Below, in pieces: positions 27,230-41,262 of a stretch of 64,000 bases of DNA. Position 1 is the first letter of the stretch. Each line of letters opens with the position of its first letter. Source of the DNA: the human T2T-CHM13v2.0 reference genome, Homo sapiens. The stretch lies in assembly GCF_009914755.1 (NCBI RefSeq), contig NC_060939.1; one strand, given 5' to 3'. Below the pieces are notes generated by a model. The model was not told the DNA's origin, searched no databases, and saw only the letters and a list, made by a program, of their open reading frames with translations. The position numbers and the translations under genes were made by a program.

Positions 27230-29177
27230 GGCTTACTAAAAAACTACTAGAACTGTTAAGTAAGTGTAGTAAGGTCACAAAATACAAGGTCAATATTGAA
27301 AAATCAATTGTATTTCTATATACTAACAATAAACTCTTGGGAATTGAGTTTTTAAAAATATAATTTACAATAGAATTAAAAGTAAAGCACTTATGTATAA
27401 ATCTAACAAAATAAGTGTAAGAGTTGCATCATGAAAACTACCAAATATTAATAAGAAACAATACAACTAAATAGAGAGCTGTAATGTGGTCATAGATTGG
27501 AAAACTCAGTATTGTTAAGACCATAATTTTCCCCAATGTGATCTGTATAGTCAACAAAATCCTAGTCAAAGCATCAGCACAGGTTGGCAGCAGACAGAAA
27601 TTGACAAATGATTCTAACATTTATATGGAAAAGCAGAGAATCTAGAATAGCCAAAATTATTTTGAAAAGAAAAACAAAATTGGAACACCCACACTAATTG
27701 ATCTCAAGGCTTACTCTAAAACTACAGTAATCAGTACAGTGCAGTACTGGCATAGAATAGACATGTAGATCAATGGAATAGAACAGAAAGTCCAGAAAAA
27801 TGCCCACACAAAAATGGGCAAGTGACAATCAACAAAGGCGCCAAAGTAATTCAGTGGAGAAATAAGTCTTTTCCAACAATGGTGTTAGAATAACTGGATT
27901 CAATTAAATGCCAAAAAATGAATCTTAATCTTTTCTTCACACACCATATAAAAATTAACTTAAGATAAGTCATAGATATAAATGTAAAATCTAAAACTAT
28001 ATAGCTTCTAGAAGAAACATATGACCTTAGGTTGGTAAAGATTTCTTAGTTATAACACAGAAAGTGCAAACCATAAATGAAAAAATTGATAAATTAGGCT
28101 TTATCAAAATTGAAAACTTTTTCTCTTCTAGAGAAAAAGACTCTTTCTAGAGAAAGAGTCTCCTAGACTAGACTAAATTATGAAAATGGAATGACAAACT
28201 GTAGGCTGGGAAGAATATTTGCAAAGCAAACATCTGATAATGCAAAAATCGCCTTGCAAATATCAGATATTTGCTTTGCATTTATCTATCTAAATGAAAA
28301 TATCCAGAATATATTTAAAAATTCTTACAACTCAATAATTAAAACAGAAAAACTCAATTTTTTAAATGGTCAAAAATTTGAACAGATTTTACCAAATAAA
28401 ACACATAAATCATTAGAAAATGCAAACTTAAAACATGAGATACCATTACATAAACATCAGAATGGCTAAACATGAAAAAGTCCAAAAGTATAAAGGACTT
28501 ATGAAGAAATGAATCAATTCAAACTCTCTTACTTTACTGGTGGGAATGCAAAATGGTACAGTTACTTTGGAAAAATAGCTGGTAGTTTCTTGTAGAGTTA
28601 AATACATATTTACCATACTACCCAGGAATCCCACTCCTACGTATTTATTCAAAAGAAATGCAAATGCATATCTACACAAAACCTGTACGCTAATGTTTGT
28701 AGCAACTTATACAGAATTGCCACAAACTGGAAACCTCTCAAATATCTTTTAAAGGGTGAATGGATAATAAATTATGGTACATTCATACAATGGAATATTA
28801 TTGAGCAATGAACAAGAACATACTGATACATGAAACAACATGGATGAATTTCAGAAATGCTGCTAACAGAAAGATGACAGATACAAACACTTATATATTG
28901 TATGGTTCTATTTACATAATAACCTTGAAAAGAAAATACAGAGACAAAAATATGATCAGTGATTGCCAGGGGTTAGGAGTTGTGGGAGAGGACTGACTAC
29001 AAAAGGGATATAAGGATGCCTTTTGTAAACGTTGGGGGTGATACAAATATTCTATATCTTGAGCGTGAAGTGGTAAAAGCACTATACATTTAATGCAAAG
29101 TCAGCGAACCATACAGCTCAAAAGGGTGGAATTTTACTATGTGTAAATTATACTTCAGTAAACCTGATTTTTAAAAT
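27230..29177 (+). mobile_element. L1ME1-like ORF2 3' half and 3'UTR
   Basis: ctactagaactg...aaggtcacaaaatacaaggtcaata...; ends gtgtaaattatacttcagtaaacctgatttttaaaa. Confidence 0.85.
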
Positions 29178-29739
29178 AGGACATAAATTCGTGCTTTGGT
29201 TCATCTTACATTTTATCTAACATATCCGCATGAAAGATCATTCTACAATTTGGTGGTATTAAGCATTTTAAATACAACTTTTAAATTTTTCATTCGGAGC
29301 GTTGTTTGGTGGATTCTTGGTGTTAAAAATTATGTTTGACATAGGTACCAAACCACAGTGAAATTTCCCTACATAAAGAGGTGAAATACATTGGTGTTAC
29401 TATGAGAATTCTTAATGGAAGGAAGTGGCCAGCCAAAACACCACAAATAAACGGAAACTATCACATGTTGTGACTTTGCCTTCTTGGTCTGAAACTCCTC
29501 AGTCCCTACTCTAATCAGGGAATTTTGAGCATCTTGGCTAGCCTAGTAGTTAGAAAGCCTGGTCATCAGGGAAATGAATGATTGCACTTCGTAACTCCTG
29601 ACTTACATACTACACAGTGCTCTGATCAGCTGCTTCAAGTGTTCCCATTAGTTAACTTACTGCCTCTGGTATCATCTCCATTTCCTTCTCTTTGCACTCA
29701 TGCTAGCATGCTTATTTAGAAAGCCAACATTCCTTAAGC

Positions 29740-30450
29740 ATAGAATTATAAGAAAATACTATAAGCCCTTCTGTGGATGCAGTGAAAACCTAGAGGAAAT
29801 GAATATTTTCTTTAAAAAAAAAAAGACTAAAATTGACTTACATTACTAAAAGTCATAGAATTGTACACTTAAAAATTGCACATTATCAAAAGTCATTGAA
29901 TTTTGTGACATGTAAATTATACCTCAATAAAGCTGTTTAAAAAGAATTTATTTAAAAAACTGATTTACAAAACAGGACAAAACTTGAATAGATCAGTTAT
30001 CATAGAAGGTATGTAAAAATAATTGAAGATCAGTCATTTTAAAAAGAATCAGAATTAAAGAGTGTCACAGCTGAGTTCTGTTTCATCTGTAAGGAAAAGG
30101 TCATTCCTTTACAATTCAAAATATTATAGATCATATTAAAAGTTAGAAATTGCCCCAACTCATTGCATGACTCCAACAAAATGTTAATACCAAAACCTGA
30201 TTAAAATTGTACAAAAATGGAAAATGATAGCCTGATCTCACTTAGGAATTGAAATGCAAAATATCAAATAAGTATTAACAAAGAAAATCCAGTAGCATAT
30301 CAAAACAATGCTCTATGACCAGGTAGGGTTTACTGCAGAAATGTAAGGAAATTCAAGATTATGGAGTCTCTCAACATAGTAGATGACATCAACAAATTAA
30401 AGAAAAAAATAACATGATCATATAATTAAATGCCAACAAAGCTTTTGTTT
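29740..30450 (+). mobile_element. Old L1M ORF2 fragment with nested short L1M 3' end (~29843-29955)
   Basis: gaaaacctagaggaaatgaata...ttaataccaaaacctga. The nested piece ends tgtaaattatacctcaataaagctg and is flanked by aaaattgacttaca / aaaactgatttaca. Confidence 0.7.
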
Positions 30451-30493
30451 TTCTCAGAAACAGTTGCACTCCTTGGGTGTTTGTTTTGGCCCA

Positions 30494-31301
30494 TGATAAT
30501 AGTCTGGATACATGTCCCCACTGGATCTCAGGTTGAAATTTGATCCCTGGCTGGGTGCACTGTCTCATGCCTGTAATGAGACAGTGGGAGGCTTTGGGAG
30601 GCTGAGGCAGGAGGATCACATGAGCCCATGAGTTAGAGAGCAGGCTGCTCAACATAATGAGATCCCCGTCTCTACAAAAGAAAAATTTAAAAAGTAGCTG
30701 GTGTGGTGGTACATACCTGTAGTTCCAGCTACTGGAGAGTGTGAGGCAGGAGGATTGCTTGACCCCAGAGTTCAAGGCTGCCGTAAGCCATGATTGCACC
30801 ACTGCACTCTATCGTGGGTTAAAGAGTAAGACCTTGAAAAAAAAAAGAAAAAAGAAAGAAAGGAAATGAAAGGAAAAGGAAAGGAAAAGGAAAAGGAAAA
30901 GGAAAGGAAAGGAAAGAAAAGAGTTTTATTCCCAGTGTTGGAGGTGGGGCCTAGTGGGAAGTGTTTGGCACATCCCTCATGAATGGCTTGGTGCAGTCCT
31001 GCAGTTGAGTGAGTATAGGTTCTGTTAGTTCCATGAAAGAGCTGGTTGTTGAAAAGATCCTGATACCTCCTCCCTGCCTTCTCTTGCCTTCTTTCTTACC
31101 ATGAGATCTCTGCACATGCCAGCTCCCCTTTGCCTTCCATCATGAGTGGAAGTAGCCTGAGGCCCTCACCAGAAGGTGTGCTGGCACCATGCTTCTTGCA
31201 CAGCCCTCAGAACCCTGAGCCAAATTAACATCTTTTTTTTTCTTTCAGTAAATTACCCAGCCTCAGGTATTCCTTTATAGCAACACAAATGGACTAAGAC
31301 A
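30494..31301 (+). mobile_element. MSTB-like solo MaLR LTR interrupted by AluJ
   Basis: tgata...ttggaggtggggcctagtgggaagtgtttgg...cctcaggtattcctttatagcaacacaaatggactaagaca. 5-bp TSD gccca/accca. Confidence 0.88.
30549..30923 (+). mobile_element. AluJ with (GGAAA)n-expanded tail
   Basis: ggaggattgcttgacccc...ttcaaggctgc; purine tail at 30837-30923. Confidence 0.9.
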
Positions 31302-31589
31302 ACCCATGAACTCATCCCCTGGGTATCAGCCACTCTGTCAGGTAATGCTAACCCGGGAAAGTATGAGGATCTCCTCACAATCTGTCAGAACCTATAGCTT
31401 CAGGAAGTGGGGGATTTATTTTTCCTCACTTTTCAGGGCAAGTTTCTTCAAGTGACACTTCCGGTGAACACATGCACAGACAAATATGGGGGCAGTAACT
31501 GAGAAGGCTCCAGCTTGAAGATTAAGCTGTCATAAAGAGGAGGACAAAATCAGAAAGAAGTGTAGGAAGACTAAGCCAGTGTCCAGATG

Positions 31590-31720
31590 CTGACACAAAT
31601 CAGTTTATGGCTTTTGCTCACCTCTTCAGCTTTTCTAGGCCTCAGTTTGCTTGCCTGTGAAATGTGGAGCTCTTTAGATCCCTTGGTTAGGTTCTTGTCT
31701 GCTCCAGAATTATATGATTG
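31590..31720 (+). mobile_element. MIR3-like
   Basis: ggcctcagtttgcttgcctgtgaaatg...gctccagaattatatgatt. Confidence 0.55.
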
Positions 31721-31948
31721 CTCTGCTTGACTAACTTTGAAAGATATACAGGGAAGAATTAACTGCACATTGAGTAAGGTCTGTGAATATTGAGCTTTAA
31801 TATGAAGGTTGGAATTCTTCCCTGGTATTTATTTTTAAATTTAATTTAATTTAATTTAAACATTTTTATGGGTATGTAATACTTGTACAAATTTCCTGAT
31901 ATTTTGATCATGTCTTATTATCAATTCTTTTCTTCTGTAAGAAGTGAC

Positions 31949-32231
<283 letters not shown>

Positions 32232-32416
32232 TAGTGCCTGACTGCTTGGCTGTTTATGGGAGAAATTAATGGCAAAGAGCATTCAATAGGCAAAGTTGTG
32301 TTTTGCACACAATTTTAAAGCAGTGTACCTAAGGCAGTATTTATCAAATAGAACAGATGTAACTTGTATTTTAAAAGTGGGTTGGGACAGTAAAATATGA
32401 ATGGAAAAATACTTGG

Positions 32417-32770
32417 TGTTTTAGTCCATTTGGGCTGCTCTAACAAAATACCTTGACTAGGTGGCTTATAAACAATAGGATTGTTATTGTTTTTGTAAGC
32501 CACCCGTCAAGATTAAGGTGTCAGCAGATTTGGTGACTGGGGAGGGACCACTTTGTCATAGACCAATGTCTTCTTACTCTAACCTCAAATGGTAGAAGGG
32601 ACCAGGGGTCTCTTTGGAGCCTCTTTTATAAGGAAATTAATCCCATTAATGAGGGCTCCTCCCTCATAACTTAATCACCCCCCAAAAGGTCCCACCTCCT
32701 AATACATCATCTTGGGGGTTAGGATTTCAACATGTAAATTTTGGGGTACACAAACATTTAGACCATAGCA
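32417..32770 (-). mobile_element. MLT1A/MLT1A0 MaLR LTR
   Basis: tgttttagtccatttgggctgctctaacaaaatacc...caaacatttagaccatagca. Confidence 0.85.
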
Positions 32771-34039
32771 TTAGTTTTAAATAAAACACATCTCACACTG
32801 AGTCTCCAAAGGAGGTATCCCATCCCCCAAACAGGGTTAACCTCAGCTAGCTCTCCTCCCTCCTTCCCTTTCTTTCCAGCAGAGTCTCAGAGGACTAGCA
32901 TTTCTTAGAACACCTTTGGAAAATGCTAAAATCACAAAGTGTAAACTTGCCAACTGAGAAATAAAAACAAAAGTCACCAAGACTTCATGTTTGCCTTTTG
33001 TGGGCTGTTTAAGGCATTAAAAGCTAAATGAAACCATTTTTTTTTCTCACGATCATGTGACAAACCCTGTTTTCCAAAGGTGACTGCGTTCTCTCTGCCT
33101 CAGGAGGTAGATGTGAAATTAGAGAGGTGTGGGCTGCTCAGAAAGGCCCAGGCGGCAGCCACGGAGATGGATTTGTTCACCATTCCTGGGTAAGAGCAGC
33201 AAGCGTCAGGGAGATCAAGTCATCACTGCCCTAAATCCCCAATCATGTCGGCCTCCACTTCATAAACCAGTGGGGCAGGCAGCCACGCGAAAGCCTAAAG
33301 GTTAAGCACATACCATTGACCTGAGAGAAACGAGTTTTCTCACATCATTAAATACAGCCTTGACTGATCACACCAAAAAGTGCCCTGGGAGCATTATTTA
33401 AGGCTTAGCTGTTCCACCTGCATTTGTGTGACACAAAATCAATATCTTTCCCCTGCCTTTGTTTGCCTGGATTATGTTTAACTACTAAATGGCTTTTAGG
33501 ACACCAATTAGATTTATCATCTTGCATTTTACACAGGCAGGTGTGTGAACAAGAAAAATAGGAATATGTCTTCATTTCCTTTCCCTCTAGGTTGTTAGCA
33601 CAAGAAACATGAAACAGCTTATCTGGAGTATGCTTCTATGTCACAGATACACGATTTATAATCCTTATAGCAGAAATGTTTTCCCTTGACCTAGAAGACT
33701 TCCTTGACAATGGTGCTTTTAGAGAACACTGTAAGAATAAATTATTTAATAAATGCATGGAAACAATTGACTCTTCATTTGGGGGAAAATATTAAATCTC
33801 AAGTTACACATATATAAACAAATTTCCAGGTGCTTTAACTTCTTTAATGCAAGAAGAAGAGGTACTAGACAATAGAAAACAATAATTAATAAAATAATAA
33901 AGGAAAAGATTAATGTATTTGACTATGTAAAACTTCTGAAGGGCAAATATAATTCAAGTAAAGTTAATGTTATCTAACCTTTATTCAATACTTATTATGT
34001 GATAGGAACTAAGCTAAATCTTCACATATATTGACTTCT

Positions 34040-34530
34040 ATATATATATATTATATATATATGGATTATAAGGAATTGGCTCACATGATTATGGAGGCTG
34101 AGAAGCCTCAAGGTCTATAGTCAGTGAGCTGGAGACACAGGGGAGACAATGTGTAGTTCCAGTCTGAGTCCAAAGACTTGAGAACCAGGAGAGCCAACAG
34201 TGTAAGTTCAGGTCCAAAAGCTAGCAGCTCAAGATCTAAGAAGAGCTGATGTTTCAGTTCAAGTCTAAAGGCTAGAGAAGACCTAAGTCCCAGTTCAAGT
34301 GGTCAGACAGGAGGACTTTTCTCTTACTCAACCTTTTGTTCTATTAAGGTCTTCAGTTATTTGGATGAAGCCCATCTACACTAGAGAGGCAATCTGTGTT
34401 ACTCAGTCTACCAAATCAAATGTTCATCTAATCCAGAATCGCCCTCTCAGACACATCTAGAAGAATATTTGGCCAAATATCTGGAAACCCTATGGCCCAG
34501 TCAAGTTGACACATTAAATTAATTGTCACA
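34040..34530 (-). mobile_element. MLT2B-like ERVL LTR
   Basis: ttataaggaattggctcacatgattatggaggctgagaag...cagtcaagttgacacattaaattaattgtcaca. Confidence 0.85.
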
Positions 34531-34639
34531 CTGATATTGTCCTCCTTTAGATTGCTTAACCAGAAACACACAGCCAGAGTGGTAGAGTCAAACCTTGTAA
34601 CCGCCTCTGTCTGAAACCATACAAGTTCTGTCTTAGAAA

Positions 34640-35350
34640 CTGAGGGAAATACTTAAAAATATTAGACAAAGGAAAAAAAAATAACAAGAGTTTTTATGAA
34701 TCAATAATATTGATGAGTACCCCTTATCAATATTGGCAAAGAAAATTTTAAAAACATACAAACAAAACAGGCAATTACAAAGGAAATGGATGTTAATAAA
34801 AATAAATATGCTTAATCTCTTTAATGATCAAAGAAATACAATTTAAAAGAATGAGGCATCATTACAGATACCATATTAGACTTGAAAATTACTAGAATGA
34901 TTATTCCCAGTGTGGGCTAGGAGAAAAGAAAGTGGCACATTTATACACAATTATTACAAAGTTTTAGGGAGGTCAATTTGAAGAAATATATCAAAATTTA
35001 AACATACACTATTTTTGACACAGAAATCTCTTTTAGGTAGTTCTCCTACAGACATACATATTGGTGCAGATATATTTACAAAAATATTCATTACAGTATT
35101 GTTAGTGAGAACAAGGTATTACAAACCAATTAAATGTCCATCAGATAAGAGTTAGGTTAAGTTATATGTTCATATAGAAAAATTCTATGCAGCTGTTAAC
35201 AGAATTTTTAAAAGGGAAGAAATGTACACAACATAACTTGGATAAAAACGAGGTACACAATCATATGCATATTATGGTCTTGTTCTTATGTGAATATATA
35301 AAGTTCATAGGAGAGTTTTTACTGAAAGATGTAGATAGTTGTTGGGGGAG
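34640..35350 (+). mobile_element. L1ME fragment
   Basis: aatgatcaaagaaatacaattt...ctatttttgacacagaaatctc...taaatgtccatcag. Confidence 0.6.
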
Positions 35351-35409
35351 GGAGCAGATGAAGTCAGGCCCTGAGCCATTACTTTAAAACTTTTGTTTTC
35401 TTATTCCTT

Positions 35410-35640
35410 GAGTCAGATTTACCATAAAGTTAATGAAGTCTAAGCTTCAGGTTCTCCCACTTGTATGAATCTCTCTCAAGGACCTGGGAGGGGCCTTAGC
35501 AGTGTGTTCACATAGCCATATGTTTTTGCAAATTTACAGAACTAAAATAATGCAACTTAAATCAGTTAAGGCAACTGACTCAATTTCAATTGAGACTTCT
35601 CTGTCACATGTCCTTTCATGTTGGGTGCATAGAGTTATTT
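35410..35640. mobile_element. Arthur1-like hAT-Tip100 fragment
   Basis: taatgaagtctaagcttcagg...ctgggaggggccttagcagtgtgttcacatagccatatgtttttg. Confidence 0.7.
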
Positions 35641-37459
35641 TTTTACCAAAGTCTTCTCCTAACGCAAAGCTTTTAGCATACTTTGACTTCCATTCAAACT
35701 TCCCATCTCCTATCTCTTTATTATTACCGTCTATTATAGGTTTTCATCCTCTGTCTGCAATTTCAAATTCCAAAACAAGCTATGAACAGTTTTATCAGTA
35801 TTCTTTTGACAGCAAAACTTTATTTGATTGAAGTTTAGTTAGTGGGAAAACCTGACCCGAACTGACATGAGACTATTAAAGATTCTCCTTTTCCCACTTA
35901 GAATGAACATCATGTTTTGCTGCAGAAATAATTATGCCTTTGATAATGGGTGTTGCCCAGTCCCCAAGGAGTTTTTAAGCAATAAATGCTGACAAACAAA
36001 ATGCACAACGGATGAGAGAAAACAAAAGATTAGGTACTGACCCTTCTGAAATAGACTTTTCAGAAATAATCTAGGATATGGTTTAAAAAAGAACCAAGTC
36101 TTTCCTGTTTGGACACAAAGGAGCATCTCTGGCAAAATAAGCAAGTTGTCAACATATCTTATGTGACACTGAGACTAAGTTTGCCTTAATTTATTTTTTT
36201 GTTTATATAATTAATTTATTTAATTTTTTGGCCAATGTTAACGAGATCACTAAGTAGGTTGCCTTAATTTCTAATGAAGTCCAAACCTTTACAGTTCCTG
36301 ATCCATGTTCCAAGAGTGTCAAAACAATGCTGATTATAGCCTGTGCCTTAAAGGTGGGTTTCAGATGGAGAGCACCAGCCTGTGAGTACACATATTGACA
36401 TAACCAGTACAGGTTTGCCTGTGTGTGGAGAAGAACTTCAGTAGAGAGGAGGAGAATCATCGGTTAGTCCAGTTCCTCCCTCTTGTATTCTACAACAAAG
36501 CATCTGGTATGTAGAACACTGAGCATGGGCAGAAAGCCTGGTTTATGAGTGCTGAGTAGTACTGATCATAAGGAAAATCCATTGTACTGTAGGATCAAAA
36601 TGGCTTACATTTAGCTATAGAAAGCGATTATGCTGTAAACAGACTCAAAGTCATTAGTAGGAGATGCAAGTCAGAACAACAAGGAAACGCTACTTTTTAC
36701 CCATTGTGTAGGCAAACATTAGAGTGATATGATGCCTTGTGCTAGTGGTGGTGTAGATACTCAGGAACACCTGAGCATTACAGGTGGTAATGATGCCTGG
36801 AGAGGCCATTCTGGAAAGCAATCTGGCAGCAAATCTCAACACATCACAGCAGTTGTACTTTGGTTGGGGTGTGGAAAGAAGAGAGTAGCTTTGTATAGGC
36901 TGATAACAAGTGGGCTGTGCACTCAGGAGTCAAAGAGTTTAAGAAAATAAGCAAAACATACTGAATCAGTATAAATTTTGCCCAGTATTTCAGCAAAATA
37001 TTGGGAAACTAAGGTGAAACAAGAAGGAGGAAAACATAGAGGTGAACTAAGAAAACTACTGAAATCTAAACACACAACACAGAGGTTTCATCTGACTGAA
37101 CTGCAGGGAAAACAATAATAATAGTAATAAGAATAAAAATAAATACTATGTGAACTGCATTATCATTCTAAACTTTGAAAATTCTCAATTCCTAAATATA
37201 GCAGGGCCGTCAGTCTTAGAAAGAGGATTGTGAACCTTTATTTTAGTTTTATAGGAAAAGATGACTTTCTAAAATTTTACTCTCAATATTTAGCTTTCCA
37301 ACATGTTAAACCAAACCTGATAAAGGCAACCTGCAAAAAATCCCACTACTAACATCACACTAATGATGACAGACTGAATTATTCCCAATATCAGATAGGA
37401 CTCAATATGTCCGCTCTGACCACTTCTGTTCACATTATACTGGCAGATTATCTCCAATA

Positions 37460-37643
37460 AAGCCTTGAGATGACAACAACGCTGGCCAATAGCTTGATTT
37501 CAGCCTTGTGAGAAACTCTGAGCCAGAGAATCTAGCTGAGCTACCTCCAGATTCTTGAACCACAAAAACTGAGGTAATAAAATGGTTTTGAGCCACTAAC
37601 GTTTTGGGCTTTTCTGTTATACAACATTAGACACATAATAATA
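37460..37643 (+). mobile_element. MLT1E/F-like LTR 3' part
   Basis: ttgatttcagccttgtgagaaactctgagccagag...gagccactaacgttttggg. Confidence 0.65.
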
Positions 37644-38107
37644 CTATGCTCTATTAAATGCTACTAGATCTAAGAATTGAGTTTATCAAGGTCACATGAT
37701 ACAAGGTCAATATAGAAAAATCCATTGTATTTCTATATTCTAGCTATAAACAATTGCAAATTGAATTTTAAATATTCTATTTACTTTGGCACCTCATAAA
37801 ACCTATTAAATACTTGAGATAAACTTAGCAAAACTTGTTTGTTGAAAACGACAAAATATTCCTGACAGGGATTTTACAAGACCTGAATAAAAGAGAGATA
37901 TACCATGTTCATAGATGGTAGGCTTCAGTATTGTTAAAATACCAATCATCACCAAATTGATTTACAGATAAAATGCAATTTCAATCTACATGTGAACAAG
38001 GAAGTTTGTAGAAACAGACAAGCTCATTTTCAAATTTACATGGAAATTCAAAGAGCCTGGAATAGCCAGAACAATTTTGAAAAAGAACAAAGTTAAGTCT
38101 TTAAACT

Positions 38108-38478
38108 ACAGTAGTTCCTCCTTATAAGTGGTTTCATTTTCCAGTTTCAGTTACCCATGGTTCAACCACAGTCTAAAAACAGGTGAGTGCAGTATAATAG
38201 GATATTTTGAGGGAGAGTGAGAAAGAAGGAGACCACATTCACATAAATCTTGTTTCTCTATATTGTCACAGTTGTTCTTATTATTAGTTATTGTTAATCT
38301 CTTACTGTACCTAATTTAGAAATTAAACTTTATCATAGTGATGTAAGTATAAGAAAAAACATAGTGTATATAGGGTTCAGTACTATCTGCAGTTTCAGGC
38401 ATTCACTGGGGGGCTTGGAACATATCCTTAGGATCTAGGTCTAGGAACATTCCCCTAGGATAAGGGGGAACTACCATA
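38108..38478. mobile_element. MER44A-like TcMar-Tigger element
   Basis: cagtagttcctccttat...tagggttcagtactatctgcagtttcaggcattcactggggg...ggataagggggaactac. Confidence 0.85.
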
Positions 38479-40869
38479 CCTGGTTTCAAAACTTACTCTA
38501 AAGATACACTAATAAAGATAATGCACTGTCATAAGAATGTCTACATAGCTCAGTTGAACTGAAGAAGGTTTAGATATAGCTACAGACATGTAAGTTAAAT
38601 TTATTTTCAACAAATATGCCAAAGTTATTCAATATGGAAAAGGCAGTCTCATCAAAAAATAGTGCTGGTACATTTGGATATCTAAAGGTAAAAACAAAAA
38701 CAAAAATCTGAACCTCAATTCTAACTTTAAACTATAAACAAAACATATGTGTGATAAAAAAAACTTTTATCCAGAAATATAAAGAATTCTTGCAATTCAA
38801 TAATATGAATATAAATAACCTAATTTAAAAGTGGTCAAAAGGAACACCAGCAAGATGGCAGAGTAGGAAGCCCTGGACCCTCCTTCCCCTGACAAACACT
38901 CCAATTTGGCAACAATTCACAGATAAATAAATTCTCTTTGTAAGAAATCTAAAAAGTAACTGAAAGGCTCTTGCATCATGGATTAATGCAAAATCAGACT
39001 TACTGAAACTGGTAGAGAGGTTTAAGACATCTGCTCACCAGAATCCCTAACCCTGGCACAGTGGCCTACAATCAGGAAAAGACCCCCTAACTTTCAGCTT
39101 CTTTCAGGGAAGGGAAAGAGTTGGTTCACATGTCCAGTGCCTCAATTTTTTTGAGACGGTGCCCCAGACGGCTGGTTTCTGTTTTGCCAAACTTGAGCTT
39201 TGGTGGGATCAGCACAATCTAGCTGCTTGACAGGAAGAGAGATGTCATCTTGGGCTGGTAGATAACATAGATCCTTCTTCTTGCAGTAAGTAGACAAAAA
39301 TCTCAACTCTCAGCTACTCCCTAGAGTGGGAAGAAGTTGATCTATGTCTCCAGCACCCAGCTTCTCCAGTGCTACCAAAAGAAAAGGCGTCTGTCTTTCT
39401 AGTCTTGGAACACTCATGGGTCCAGCACAGTGTAGAGACCTTGGGGAGAAATAAAGATGGTGGCTTAAACTGGTAGATGCCTCCTGGCTCAGCACAGAGC
39501 AAATAGTGGGGGGAAAAACCCCACAGTTGCCTGCTCTACCTGTCTAGTGTGCAGACATCAACACAGAGAGTCAAGGGAAATAAAGAAACTGGCAAAGATA
39601 TTCCAAACAAACAAACAAAATAAATTCCCAGAAACCAACCCTAATGAAACAGAATCATATGATTTATATGACAGAGTTACCTGTTATAAAGATGCTCACC
39701 AACATCAAGAGAAGAACGCATGAACAATGTGAGAATTTCAGCAAAGAGATAAAAAATATTAAAAAGTACCCAACGAAAATCATAGAGCTCAGGAACATAA
39801 CTGAAATAAAAATTTACTAGTGGTTTAGATTAGATGAAGAAGAAGGATCAGTAAATTTGAACACAGATCATTGGAAATAATTCAGTCAGATAAAGAAAAA
39901 GAGAAAAGAATGAAAAAGAGTGAAGAAAGCTTATGGACTTATGGAACACCATCAACTGGGCCAATATACACATTATAGGAGTCTCTGAAGGAGATGAGAA
40001 AAAGAAAGGACCAGAAAAGTTATTCAAAGGAATAATGGTATAAATTTTCCCAATTTGGGGAAGGAAGCAAGCATTCAGTTCCAGGAGACCCAAAGGACAC
40101 CAAATAAGATGAACCTAAAGAAATTGATGTTATAGTCAAATTGTCAAAAGTCAAGGACAAAGAGAGAATTGTGAAAGTGGCAAGAGAAAAGTGACTTGTT
40201 ATATACAAGAGAATTTCCATAAGACTATCAGCAGAATTTTCAGGAGAAACTTTGCAGTCCAGAAAAGAATGGGATGATAAATTTATAGTGCTGAAACAAA
40301 GGAACTACCTATCAAGAATATTATACCTGGCAAATTGTCCTTCAAAAACAAAGCAAAAATAAAAGATTTTCTCAGATAAAAGTGGAAAAAGTTTATCATC
40401 ATCAGACCTGCCTTAGAAAAAATCTAAAGGGAGTTCTTCAAGTTGAAATGAAAGAATGCCAAACAGCAAAACAATAGTCTAAGAAAATAAAAAATTTATT
40501 GGTAAAGATAAACATAGAGATAAACACAGAATACTATATTACTGTAATAGTTATAGGTAAACCATTTTTTATTTGAATATAAAAGTGAAAAGACAAAAGT
40601 ATTAAAAATATAACTTTAAAATATTTTAAAAGATACACAGTATGAATAGATGTAAATTGTGACAACAATAACATAAAGTGTGTGGGCATTAAAGTGTAGA
40701 ATTCCTGTCTGCAATTGAATTGAAGCTATTATCAACTTAAAATAGACTGTTATAACTATAAGGTATTTTATGTATGTGCCAAGATAACAAGAGTGAAAAA
40801 AAAAACCTATAGGAGTTACACAAAACAAAAAGGAGAGGAATAAAAGCATAACAGTACCAAAAAAAATCA

Positions 40870-41262
<393 letters not shown>

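Larger units (their letters stand above)
37310..38841 (+). mobile_element. Old L1ME ORF2, part 1 (continues at 43317-44471 and 48614-48677)
   Basis: cccactactaacatcacactaatg...aaggtcacatgatacaaggtcaata...aagaattcttgcaattcaataat. Confidence 0.75.
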
